Assembly: GCA_951406725.2 (NCBI GenBank)
Contig: OX597834.1
Span: forward strand, 17,360,001 to 17,424,000
Origin: Octopus vulgaris
Taxonomy: Eukaryota
Reading direction: 5' to 3'
Length of the DNA stretch: 64,000 nucleotides
The notes under the pieces were generated by a model. That model ran no database searches, was not told the DNA's origin, and worked only from the letters and a program-made list of their open reading frames with translations. Shown here piece after piece: positions 37,611-50,365 of the stretch; within the stretch, counting starts at the first letter, position 1, and each line of letters opens with the position of its first letter. A program made the translations under genes and the position numbers.

Positions 37611-38040
37611 CTAATCAAGTAGACCTTGGATCAAAGCATTCTATCCATAACTGCCCCTTATTATTTTCTATCTGTCCTGGATTACACAGTGTCTCCTTCA
37701 GATAAGGTATAGTTTGAGGATAATTTGACTGCTGTTTCTAGCACAGCATACAATCTGATCAAGTGGGCCTTGGATCAAAACATTCCATCCATAACTGTCC
37801 CTATTATTTTCAATCTCTCCTGGAATACTCAATGTCTCTTTCAGATAAGATATAGTTTGAGGATAATTTGACTACTGTTTCTAGCACATCATGCAATCTG
37901 ATCAAGTGAACCTTGGATCAGAATATTCCATCCATAACTCTCCCTTGTTATTTTCAATCTGTCCTGGAATACACAATGTCTCCTTCAGGTAAGATATGGT
38001 TTGACGATAGTTTAACTGCTGTTTCTAGCACAACATGCAG
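37611..38040. repeat. Three tandem copies of a ~144-bp unit
   Basis: Unit starts at 37611, 37755 and 37898. Confidence 0.9.
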
Positions 38041-40430
38041 TCATATAAAGGCTGTCACTGCTGTAACTGTAAATCATCTCTGACAGGATGTCCAAGTGAG
38101 TGTCTCTGCGTCTGCTCATCACTACATGAGGACCTCAAGCAAATTTATGAAAACATGAGACACGCTGTCCAATCCTATTCCACTTGTGAGTGATAGCCGT
38201 GGTTGGTTTGGACATTGTTACAGCAGATACTGATGGAAGGTGGGGGAGTTCCAGAGGGATAGAAATAGCAGTGAGCTGGCAGAAATGTTAGCATGTCGGG
38301 CAAAATGCTTAGCAGTATTTCATCTGCCGTTACATTCTGAGTTCAAATTCCACCTAGGTCGACTTTGCCTTTCATCCTTTCGGGGTCGATAGATTAAGTA
38401 CCAGATGAAATCGACTTAATCCCTTTGTTTGTTTGTCACCTCTATGTTTAACCCCATGTGGTCAATAAAGTATTAAGAAATGGCGGAGAAAGATTGTATG
38501 TAAAACCAGTTATGTCTCAAACTGCCCCCACTAAAAGGGGCAGATATGAGACCCTATCAGGAGGGATGTGGGAAGATTGCACTGAATAAGACGAGGGAAT
38601 TAGTTCACTGCTTTTATTCTTTTCTTTTTACTTGTTTCAGCCATTGGCTTGCGACCATGGCACCTCCCTGAAGGGTTTAGGCATACAAATTGATCCTAAC
38701 ACTTGTTTTGTTTTAAAGACTGTTATTTTATTGCTCTCCTTTTGCTGGATTGCTAAGTTACAGGGTTACAGAGATGTAAGTAAACCAACACTGGTTGTCA
38801 AGGGGTTGGGGACAGACACACATACACACACACATGATGGGCTTCCATACAGTTTTCACCGACCTAATTCACTCACAAAGCATTGGTCAACCTGAGATTA
38901 TAGTAGCTGCTTGCCAAAGGTACCACACAGTGGGACTGAACCCAGAACCATGTGGTTGGTAAGCAAGCTACTTACCACACAGCCACTCCTATATATATAC
39001 ACACACACACACATATACCTTATATAATTCATATTTGCATTGGTGTAAGGCCATTTGCTTCTAAATAAGGGATATAATTACTGTGACAGAAAAGATAGAA
39101 AAACTCCAGTGAAAGGAGGATGTATCTACTTGAGATTTGAATTTTTATTTTCCCCTCAAAACAGAATTCTTGCACTGAGGAAATAAGTTGTGGGTTGGTA
39201 TCATGTTACTGACACCAAAGTATATTCTCAGATTTCTTGTAGTTGCAATCTACTTTCTATGTATATCTTCTGAAAAAAAAATCTTTTAAAGTATATATAT
39301 ATATATATATAAAAAAAGGAGAAAAACCCAGTGTTTATCATACAAGGCCTAAGTAACAAACTACCATTGAAGAGAAGCTTGAAGGGTAAAAGACAGGTTT
39401 TTTTGTTTTTTTTTTCTTTTTCTAGGAATTTAGCACAGACGAAACCAAATACAGCATGTTTAGTAATGTGACAGGGTTGCAAATATAAATTTTTGTTTTT
39501 CTGTTTTGCTTGGAGAAATAATAAATGAAAAGCCTAGAGGGTAATTAACAGATGTTATTGCCAAGAATCTTAACGGCAAGTAAATCTGAAAAACCTTGTC
39601 TTCTGTTATGCGACAGCCAAGAAGAAAAAAATTGCATAAAATTAAATTAGATAAAAAGAATGGTAATACTTGAAGAGGAAGAGAAGGTAGGGCAGCTTGA
39701 TGACAAGGCAGTAGTTTTTAGGTAAAGTGTTCATGTGTCAGGGTTGTCAGCTCAAACAGTTTGTTCTTGATGTGGTATAAATTAGAGTGCCAGAGGATGG
39801 GGTGGTGGCGATGGTGATGGTGGAGGGGGGGGCATCAACCCCCCCCATATATGGGTGTATTCTAGCATATTTGGACTTTGTATGTAAATGTATGCCCCAG
39901 CATAGCCACAGCCTTAAGGTTGAACATGTAAAAGAATATGTGTGATTGTGTATGTTGGCCTGCTTGCATAGACAGTAAGGAGGTGTCATTTGAAGGCAAA
40001 AACGTTGCAAAGTGCATTGTGACCAGTGATGTGTAACATCTGATAGCCTGGTCGGGTTACATGATATATGTATATAAAGCTAATGTTTGTTTTTATGTTA
40101 TAATATATGCACTTTTACATTAATTTGACAGGTTACTCTGTACTATTGTAGAGTACATTAGTGAAAGATCTGCAATATATCCACAAACACACATACACAA
40201 ACACACGCATATGCATATGAAAGGTTTCCACACAGTTTCCGTCTACTTAATGAACACACATACACAAGCATATGATAGGTTTCCATACAGTTTCCGTCTA
40301 CTTAATTCCCTCCTAAGACATTGGTTGGCCTGGAGATATAGTTGAAGACCCTTGTCTAAGATGCTGTGCAATGGGACTGAACTTGAAACCATGTGGATGC
40401 AAAGCTTGCTTATTAACCACACAGTCCTGT

Positions 40431-41545
40431 CTGCTCGCCTTTCATGAATTTCTTCTTTGTCTCTGATACAAGTACTTCCATCTGGTGTGAGGACGAGTGA
40501 GATACCCACGTGTTGAACCATAGATTATACACAAAACACTTTCCCAAGATTTCCATACAGGCCCAGGAGTGGCTGTGTGGTAAGTAGCTTGCTCCCCAAC
40601 CACATGGTTCCAGATTCAGTCCCACTGCATGGCACCTCCTTTCACTGGAGTTTTTCTATCTTTTCTGTCACAGTAATTATATCCCTTTTTTAGAAGCAAA
40701 TGGCCTTACACCAATGTAAATATGAATTATATAAGGTATATATATAAATATATATGTGTGTGTGTGTATATATATATATGTATATGTGTGTGTATATATA
40801 TAGGAATGGCTGTGTGGTAAGTAGCTTGCTTACCAACTACATGGTTCTGGGTTCAGTCCAACTCCTTGGGCAAGTGTCTTCTACTATGGCTTCAGGCCGA
40901 CCAAAGCTTTGTGAGTGGATTTGGTAGATGGAAACTAAAAGAAGCCCATTGTATATATATATATGTATGTATGTTTGTGTGTCTGTGTTTGTCCCCCCAC
41001 CTTCACTTGACAACTGATGTTGGTGTGTTTATGTCCCCATAACTTAGCGGCTTGGCAAAAGAGACTGATAGAATAAGTACTAGACTTACAAAGAATAAGT
41101 CTTTGGGTGATTTGTTTGACTAAAAGGTGGTGCTCCAGCATGGCCACAGTCAAATGACTGAAACAGGTAAAAGAAAAAAAAATTATTATTTGTATCAGAA
41201 AAGTAGAAGGGATTATCTGTGTCAGTACACATTTGTGTCTCTTGGGCCCTTTCTTCAAACCAGTTATTTTTCATGATCCTTAATTTTTTCTGGAGAACAT
41301 TTTTATATGAATACAGAGCATCTGTCTTTAGATGTAAATTTGGGTCACAGCTGACAGCCTCAATTAACTCACTTTACTCTTGAAGAAGGCCCCAGATTTC
41401 TTAGTAATTTTCATCAAACTGATCCTAATGCTGTTTACTTTGATACAGAGATGTACAGAATCTTAGAGAAGCTCAACTGTTCTCTGTGTAAACAGGATTG
41501 AAGGATATTTTATTTAGTCTTTCACAGAAAACTTTCTGGAAGTTT
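40431..41545 (-). mobile_element. Decayed RTE LINE ORF2 fragment split by a SINE (40562-41180)
   Basis: KKLRIMKNNWFEERAQETQM on one side of the SINE and LTPDGST.IRDKEEI.ERRAD on the other. Confidence 0.65.
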
Positions 41546-41989
41546 TGGACCGCAGCCCGGTCTAGGATTCGAACTCACAACCTCACGATCATAAGCTCAA
41601 CGCTCTAACCACTGAGCCATGCGCCTTCAAATATAGTGGTATATCAAATACCATACAACATATATTCTTGATTCATTAAAATTATCTACTCCTAGAATAT
41701 ATATTATAATTACCAAATGATAATTAACACGTCTGCTACTCCATGTACCACCAGCCGTTCTTCACAAACATCACCACACAACTGTCATATTCACTACCAG
41801 TGGTATAGTTTCATAATATGAGAAAATATTTTATTCTGTATCTTTGACCTGGTTTCAAGGATATTTAAATAACATAAGTGCTAAATATCAAAGCTTAATT
41901 ATGAAATATTGTAAAAATGCATAAAAAATTGCATTTCCTTGTAATTAAACAGTGTGCAGTGTGACCAGAAATATGTGCATCACTAGTAT

Positions 41990-42790
41990 GTCCCAGTAAC
42001 ATGCTGTGGAAGGTAATGAGTTAAAACAAGTTCCACCAGAGGAAAGGAAATAATCTCTAGAATCAAGAGTTTTCCAAAGCTGACATGCCATGAAAGAAAA
42101 GGACATGCTTATTGTCTAGAAATAAGGGGACAGTTTTTTTTTTATTGCAGCTTCAATAGTTCTCATCAGTGTGACAGTTGTTCAACTTTGTCTTCAGAAG
42201 CCAAGGAACTTAGACATAAGCAAACAGAGTAGAACACATTTTTGGCCTTGGTAATTTACATAATTCAAGTAAAAACGAGCACAGAGAAGTAAGCCAAAAC
42301 CTCTGTTGATCTCACAAAGGCTTTTGACACAGAATGTCGGAGTGGTTTGTGGGAGAACCATTGCCAAATATTGTTGTCTACTCATGGTTGTACATAGGGC
42401 TGCACCATTTCATGATGACATGCTGGTAAGTGTTAGCAATGAATACATATCTGTATTGTTTTTGATCCCAAATGATGTGTGACAAGGCTGTGTCTTAACA
42501 CCTACCCTTTTCAGTAACATATTTTTCCAGATTTGTTGTAGGCGGTCTTCAGAATATCTCCACCTGGAATTGACACTAGGGACAGACATGACGGTGAATT
42601 GTTTAAGCTTTATAGATTACAGATTAAAACTTCAGTCTGTAAACTGTTGTTTGTAGATGGATGTTGACTGTTTGCACAAGATGAGTCCAGTATGCAAGCG
42701 TGTGTCGATCAATTCTCAAAGGCCTCTAATAAGTTTGGCTTCATTATCACTTCTGCTGTCAAAACAGAAGTACTGCATCAGCCTGTCTCA
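41990..42790 (+). mobile_element. Highly decayed RTE LINE RT region
   Basis: Remnants DLTKAFDT, QGCVL.PTLF and LLFVD, with stops and frameshifts. Confidence 0.65.
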
Positions 42791-42829
42791 AGATATGTGT
42801 AATTATGCGTGTACATACATACGTGGTGT

Positions 42830-43335
42830 ACCTCTGTGTGTGTGTGTGTGTAACTGTATGTATGTGTATGTATACTTGTATGTATGTGTATCTGTTCCTC
42901 AGTGTGTGTGTGTGTATGTGTAACTATGAATGAATGTATGTGTACTTGTATGTGCACTTGTATGAGTGTGCTTGTGTGTGTGTGTGTGTATGCCAGTGTG
43001 TAACTATATATGTATGTGCATGTGTAAGTATGAATGAATGTGTATGTACTTGCATGTGTATCTGTATGAGTGTATTTGTTTGTATGTAGGTGCGTGTGTA
43101 ACAGTATGTGTGTGTGTGCATGTATGTATTCACACACGTACATGTGTGTAACTGTGTATGAATGTGTGTGTGTGTATGTACTTGTATATGTGTCTGTATA
43201 AGTGTACTTGAGTCTGCGTGTGCATGTAACTATGTATGTCCATATGTGTACATACATCCTGTAGTTGTATATGCGTGTGTGTGTATGTATATACGTCTGT
43301 ATCTGTGTATTTATGTATATGTGTGTGTATGCATA
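42830..43335. repeat. Degenerate TG/TA low-complexity tract
   Basis: Seen directly in the sequence. Confidence 0.85.
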
Positions 43336-44109
43336 CAAATCCCCAAAGAAGCACAACAGAAGTATGATGAATGGCAAGAAGCTGACCTCCACCCTGAATA
43401 CAATAATATTGCTTCTGTACACAAGGTTATAGTTTCTTCAGTGGTGTATGATTGTAGCTTGATATTGTTTAGCCCCAGGCCAACCTTGAACAAATCGCTT
43501 TATGATCAAAAGCCCTCCTGTCATGATCATCCAGTCATTTTGTATATCTAGGACCAAATCATACTACACCTTTTATTCTCTCTTTTTTTCTTCTTACTTG
43601 TTCCAGTCATTTGACTGTGGCCATGCTGGAGTACTGCCTTGAGGGGTTCTTAATCAAACAAACTGACACCTGGACTTATTTTATAAGCCTAGTATTTACT
43701 CTGTAGGTCTCTTTTGCCAAACCACTAAATTACAGGGACATAAACACACCAACACTAGTTATCAAGTGGTGATGGCTGGACAAACACAGACACAAAGACA
43801 CACACACATAGATATATATACATACACACACACACACACACATACTAATATATAAGTATATACATATATAATTATATCAAAGGGTGTGGATGAACCCTAC
43901 AAACATGCTAGAGATAGACGCCAAATGGCTCTAAAAACCACATCTACATTCCGTTAGCACATTGAATGTGGACAGATGAATAAATAAGGTTTATAAAAAG
44001 GATTAACCCTTTTTTTAATACAATTATATATTAGTATAAATTGTTGCCTATATAGTTTTATTACATGCTGTCCACTTGATAAACTCATTAAAATGATTTT
44101 ATCCTTAAT

Positions 44110-44148
<39 letters not shown>

Positions 44149-44166
44149 TGGAGAAGGCCAGTTTAT

Positions 44167-44227
44167 GGGAATACCTTAGGTTTTCCGTCCATAAAGGGTT
44201 TAGCTTTATGACATATCATTAGATCCC
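44167..44227 (-). ncRNA. Degenerate hammerhead ribozyme
   Basis: Minus strand reads GGGAT-CTAATGA-...CATAAAG/CTTTATG...-GAAA-ACC-TAA-GGTA-TTCCC; the core G is mutated. Confidence 0.5.
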
Positions 44228-45668
44228 AAAAACTTGTTGGCCCAAAACCTCTTAAAAATATAGAGGAGAAAATGGCTCACTACTCAAAGGTGACAATTGG
44301 AGATTATCTCCCTTTGCTATTGTCTATTAACTTCCAGCTGTGCTGCCATTTTGTGGGCTCCAAAAAGCTAGCAGGAATCTCCTGAAATGTAAACATGGCC
44401 CAAAAATCTCCATTCTGGAGTTAAGGAATGAATCCTAAAGGACTCACTTGAACTAGAGAACATCCTTAACTCCAGAACAGAAATTTTCAGGCAGTTCCTG
44501 CTAGCTTTTTGGAGCTCACAAGATGGCTTTTTTTTTCTAGTTAGGAGTATGTTGGCCCTATGCAAACCCAATTTTACTTCTGGGAAGAGGTGGTTCATAG
44601 TACTTTGGCTTCCATCTTTTTAACTATCTAACATAGGAGCTTGTACTTTGCTAGCATAGCTCCTCTCAGGGTCACTGGGACATACAAACAGCTACATCAC
44701 AACAGGGATTGAACCTTGGCACCCATTCTGGTGCCACATAAAAAGCACCCATGGCAGTGCTACATATAAAGCACCCAGTGCATTCTGTAAAGTGGTTGGC
44801 ATTGGGAAGGGCATCCAGCCACAAGAACCATGTTGAAACAAATAATTGGAACCTGGGCAGCTCTTCAGCTGCCCAGCTCCTGTCAAGCCACCCAACTCAT
44901 GCCAGCAGGGAAGAAGGAAGTTAAATGATGATGATGATGATCTCTTGTTAAATATACTGTTTTTGTTTCAATTGATTTTAAGAAGAATGAGTAATTTAAT
45001 ATAAAGGAGGAGGGCCTTGTGATTTTTTGTAACCTTGTGGATACTAGATATCAGAATCAAATAAATAATTTGAGAAACAGATAATTGTGCTCGATATCTT
45101 GGTTGTAGCTGATACTAGGAAAATAGTTCCTCTGGATAGCAGTGAGAACAAGACTTAATCACTGAAAAAAATATGTGTATTGTAAAAAGAAGCACAAAGA
45201 CAAGATGAGGCAAGAGTCAGACCTCCCTCGAAGAAAAAAAACCAAAAAATCATTTTATCCATTTTCTTTAATAAGTCCTCAGATAACTGTCTATTGATTT
45301 CAAGTGAACCAGTTCAATCATGTTAAATGTGAACTAGTTCACATTGGCAATATAAATCTGTTCTTCACATCATACTTTATCTTCCTTCATCACCCTGATC
45401 ACTATCAATGCACCTTCTCCTTTCTGCTCTCCTTTAGTTATAGGGGCCTATTTATGGTTTTTTAGTCTTGCACATTTTAAGGTTACCTCACTAGTGCTGG
45501 TACCATGAAAAATATAAGCACTTAGTGGTCAGTGTTAGGAAGAACATCCAGTTGTAGAAACCGTGTCAAAGCAGATCATTAGGGCATGATGTAGCCCTCT
45601 GGCTTGTCAGATCCTTTTAAATATAGCAACTCAAGCCAGAGTTGGAGACTGACATTAAATAATAATAA

Positions 45669-45677
45669 TGATGATGG

Positions 45678-45750
<73 letters not shown>

Positions 45751-45786
45751 GGTGGTGGTGGTGGTGGTGGTGGTGGTGGTGGTGGT
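45669..45786. repeat. (GAT)n-(GGT)n compound microsatellite
   Basis: Seen directly in the sequence. Confidence 0.95.
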
Positions 45787-45831
45787 TGTGTGTGTGTGTG
45801 TATTTTATATATTCATTCTAATATATACACA

Positions 45832-45994
45832 GATGTGGCTTCCCAGCCATGTGGTAAGTAGCTTGCTAACCAACCACATGGTCCTGGGTTCAGTCCCACT
45901 GCGTGGCATCTTGGGCAAGTGTCTTCTGCTATAGCTCCGGGCCGACCAATGCCTTGTGAGTGGATTTGGTAGACGGAAACTGAAGGAAGCCTGT

Positions 45995-46031
<37 letters not shown>

Positions 46032-46225
46032 TTGTCCCCCTAGCATTGCTTGACAACCAATGCTGGTGTGTTTTCGTCACCGTCACTTAGCGGTTTGGCA
46101 AAAGAGACCGATAGAATAAGTACTGGGCTTACAAAGAATAAGTCCTGGGGTTGATTTGCTCGACTAAAGGTGGTGCTCCAGCATGGCCGCAATCAAAATG
46201 ACTGAAACAAGTAAAAGAGTAAAGA

Positions 46226-46228
<3 letters not shown>
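45832..46228 (+). mobile_element. SINE family A full copy (other copies ~375-570, 2990-3290, 7190-7376, 7875-8220, 28850-29140, 38610-38990, 40562-41180, 43585-43810, 46960-47182, 52250-52490, 54210-54430, 58652-58800)
   Basis: Same head, body and tail as 815-1226. Confidence 0.85.
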
Positions 46229-46261
<33 letters not shown>

Positions 46262-46481
46262 AAACGAATGGTTTACACCTGGTAGCTTACTGGTAAAGCA
46301 CAGTCACCTTCACAGTGATCGTTAGGTAAATGGCAAATGAAAGACGGAAGATGGAACATACGAGAATTTATTATTGATCAGAACAGTTGTTTCGACACAT
46401 CTAGTATTGATTCCTCATGGGTGGAACACTCAACAACTGGTTCAGAAGCATCCAAGTATATATATATATATATATATATAT

Positions 46482-46787
46482 AATCAAAATAAGCAACAGG
46501 ATATCAAGTAGTGATGCAGTATGACCGTTTCAAGTGGCTCCATTTAATTGATGTGTCCAACTGGTTAAAATTCTATTTATTTATTTGTGCAGCTGAAGAT
46601 GGCACTGCATTTAAACTAATGTAATGATTGCATTGTTCAATTAAATAGAGCTGCTTGAAACGGTCTTACTGCATCACTTCTTGATATCCTGTTGCTTATT
46701 TTGATTTTATTCACCCTACTTCAAGTTGTGCGGATAATACCAGAATGACTTGGTGCTTCAACTTGAGTCCCTAATTCAACTGAGTCT

Positions 46788-46790
<3 letters not shown>
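46482..46790 (+). mobile_element. Penelope-like terminal fragment with inverted 5' segment, inserted in (TA)n
   Basis: 46482-46551 is the reverse complement of 46637-46706; contains a hammerhead remnant; (TA)n flanks. Confidence 0.55.
46587..46674 (+). ncRNA. Degenerate hammerhead ribozyme in a fold-back element
   Basis: GTGCAG-CTGAAGA-tggc...-GAAAC-GGTC-TTA-CTGCAT: helix I intact, helix III mismatched. Confidence 0.55.
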
Positions 46791-46836
<46 letters not shown>

Positions 46837-46911
46837 AATGTGGACACTCTTATGCTAAAAATAGATCCGCAATGGTCTCAACCACCAAGAATTGTTCCCA
46901 AAGAGAATTAG

Positions 46912-46961
<50 letters not shown>

Positions 46962-47612
46962 TGTGTATTTGTGTGTGTCTGTGTTTGTCCCCCTACCATT
47001 GCTTAACAACAACTGATGTTGGTGTGTTTGCCTCCTTGTAACTTAGCAGTTCGGTAAAAGAGACTGATAGAATAAGAACTAGACTTACAAAGAATAAGTC
47101 CTGGAGTCGGCTTGTTTGGCGAAAGGCAGTGCTCCAGCATGGCTGCAGTCAAATGACTAAAACCAATGTAAGAATAAAAGAAAAAAATATATTAACTAAG
47201 ACAATAATTATTTGTTATTAGAATCAGAGTGACATTAACTAAGTTCTCTCATCAATATGATATTAATAAGATATACTTTCCCTCTCTGTTCTCTTAACTT
47301 ATCCATTAATGGACCTCTCTTACTTTACACCTCTTTCTCTCTCTGTCTCCCTCTCTATCTTTCTACCTTAACTAACCAGCTCTTTGACAAAGCCCCGTGC
47401 ATTATGAAGACCCATGCTGGGTCATTTTATTCTTTTATTTCTTTTAATTTACGATTCTGTGCAGCAAACTGTGAAAATGGCAACATCACAGAATAGTTTA
47501 TGGACAGCAAAACAGGGACATAAAAGTGAGCTGAAAGAATAATTACTTATTTATTAGTCGTAGCTCTAGGATATTTACTAATCTCTTTCTCCCTTCCTCC
47601 CTTCCACTCTCA

Positions 47613-48055
<443 letters not shown>

Positions 48056-49040
48056 AGTCTGTCTCTGTCTCTCAGTCTCTCTCTCTCTTCTCTTTCAACC
48101 TTTAGACATTGTATTGTTGTAATAAGACATACTCCCCTCCCTACTCTCTAACTTATTTCATTGACCAACATTTCTCTTATTTCTCTAACCATCCCACAAT
48201 GTTCCACAGTCTATGAAATGCATGCTGGGTATATTCAGTCCATTCTGTTCTTTTTATGTTTCCATGGAACAAACTGAGAAAATGGCAACTTCACAGGTAT
48301 TTTATGGTCAACAAAACAAAGATATAAGATTAAGCCAGCAGAATAATTATTTATTTATTACTAACATTAATATGAAATTTACTAAATTCCCATTTAGTGA
48401 AAACATCTCTGATCAGTATCCTGGTGGCTTTGTACCATGACTAATATGACCAAATAATCTTGCTGCAGCAGCAATTCTGACAAAGTATGCGAGAGATGGA
48501 GCGTTTATGTGATCATCACTGTGATCCTTATTGATGTGTCTTATAATGTTGTAGATCAACCCAGCAGGAGCTGTCCTTGGGTTAAATCACCATGCTATGA
48601 AAATATTAAGCAGCATTATGGAGAGATATGACTCTTTGGCTATTGTGAAAGTGATGTTGCTCAGAGGTCAGTAACACTGAATAATATTTGACTTGGGGAG
48701 GGAAAGGGTTAGCTTGGTCTTAGTAAGTTGCTGTGAGGCCAGCTTGTCTTAGTAAATAGTAACTCTGAACAACATACTGTATGAGGGAGATGTGAAGTCT
48801 GTGAGCCACAAGGAAGGCAAATCTATTGAGGAGAGAAGTCAATTCAATGAAAAAAGAACTGCACAGCATAGGGGAAGGTAATGATTTAGTCCTGATAGGC
48901 AAGATAGTAGGAAGAGCATCTGGTTACAAAATCCTGCCTCAAAAACCTTCTGTGTAACCTATGCTATCAGCGAAAGAGATGTTAAAAGAGCAAATGAACA
49001 AACATATGTATGTGGATATATACATGTGTGTGTGTGTGTG

Positions 49041-49091
<51 letters not shown>

Positions 49092-49272
49092 TCATCATCA
49101 TCGTTTAACGTCCGTTTTCCATGCTAGAATGGGTTGGACGGTTCAACTGGGGTAGTGGGTGCTTTTTACATGGTACTTGCATAGGTGCCAGACAAGGCTG
49201 GCAAACGGCCACGATCGGATGGTGCTTTTTACGTGCCACCGGCACGGAGGCCAATATATATATATATATATA

Positions 49273-49318
<46 letters not shown>

Positions 49319-49322
<4 letters not shown>

Positions 49323-49738
49323 AATGTAATATGTGACAATTATTCGGTAGCCATGATAAAACTCCGAGTTTCGGATGCCGAGGTGGAAATCCACGCCACC
49401 ATCTCTTCAGTTATCCGGCCATCGGAAAAATGCTATATATATTTCGTTTTTGGATTTGGTTTGCAAGATTCATTATATGAGTTCGTGTGTTGATGCATAG
49501 TCTATTGTGTCTGGGAAGAGTAATTTTCTTTTTGTGCCTTATAATTTAACACACTCACTAGTAAAATTTCCACTTATTTCTTATTTTTATTTTCCTAAAA
49601 TTTTCATTGTGTCTGGCAACCTTTTCAATAGACTTGACTCTTAGGAAAATAAAAATAAGAAATAAGTGAAAATTTTACCAGTGAGTGTGTTAAATTATAA
49701 GGTACAAAAAGAAAATGACTCTCCCCAGACACAATAGT
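49319..49738 (-). mobile_element. Penelope-like terminal repeat fragment with hammerhead and ~90-bp inverted arms, inserted in (TA)n
   Basis: Hammerhead at 49355-49415; arms ~49507-49597 and ~49641-49736; (TA)n on both sides. Confidence 0.6.
49355..49415 (-). ncRNA. Type-I hammerhead ribozyme
   Basis: Minus strand reads GATAA-CTGAAGA-GATG...GTGGA/TCCAC...CATC-C-GAAACTC-G-GAGTT-TTATC: helix I GATAA/TTATC, near-palindromic helix III, GUU triplet. Confidence 0.75.
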
Positions 49739-49752
49739 ATATATATATATAC

Positions 49753-50073
49753 ACGAGGGTCAGTCAAAAAGTAACCCATTTTGTTTAGGACAGGTACAAT
49801 TACCAACACAGGAACATATATCATCCATCAAAATGAAGCTGGTTCTCAGTGGATCACATCCCCACTTCTCAGTATAGTCACCGTTTCTCTCAATAGCAAT
49901 GTTCCACCTTTGAATGAGGGCATGTATTCCTGCCCCATAAAATTCTGTTGACTGTTCTTTGAGCCACTTCTTCACTACAGTTTTCACTTCCTCGCCACTG
50001 GACTAACATCTCTTTGGCCCCATGAAAGAGGATTTGAGAGGCAAACATTATTCCAGTGACGAGAGAGTGAAAA
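49753..50073 (-). mobile_element. Mariner transposase 3' fragment with an inverted piece
   Basis: Minus strand KTVVKKWLKEQSTEFYGAGIHALIQRWNIAIERNGDY plus TIR CGAGGGTCAGTCAAAAAGT; plus strand LFGPMKEDLRGKHYSSDERVK at ~50011-50073. Confidence 0.8.
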
Positions 50074-50074
50074 T

Positions 50075-50365
50075 GTCAATACAACTGAATCATATAGCAG
50101 TTAGCTTCAATGTGGCTGCACAGCTAGCAATTAACTTCAAAATGGCCTTGTCAGATAGCAGTTAACTTCATTGTGATTGAATCATACAGCTGTCAACTTC
50201 AGTGTAGCTAAATCAGATATCAGTTAACTTCAATGTGGCTGAGTCAGATAGCAGTTAACTTCATTGTGACTGAATCATACAGCTGTCAACTTCAGTGTGG
50301 CTAAATCAGATAGCAGTTAACTTCAATGTGATTGAATCATGTCAGATGGCAGTTAACTTCAAAAT
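50075..50365. repeat. 31-bp minisatellite with a 93-bp higher-order repeat
   Basis: CAGTTAACTTCA..GTG units; GTTAACTTCATTGTGA recurs at 50161 and 50254. Confidence 0.85.

Noticed and set aside
39426-39488. Possible terminal exon after a strong polypyrimidine-TAG acceptor
   Set aside because: Short peptide without recognisable homology and no upstream exons; MCRS1 already terminates at 31674.
41548-41626. tRNA-like sequence on the minus strand with perfect A and B boxes
   Set aside because: The acceptor and T stems do not pair; it matches the head of SINE family D, so it is not a tRNA gene.
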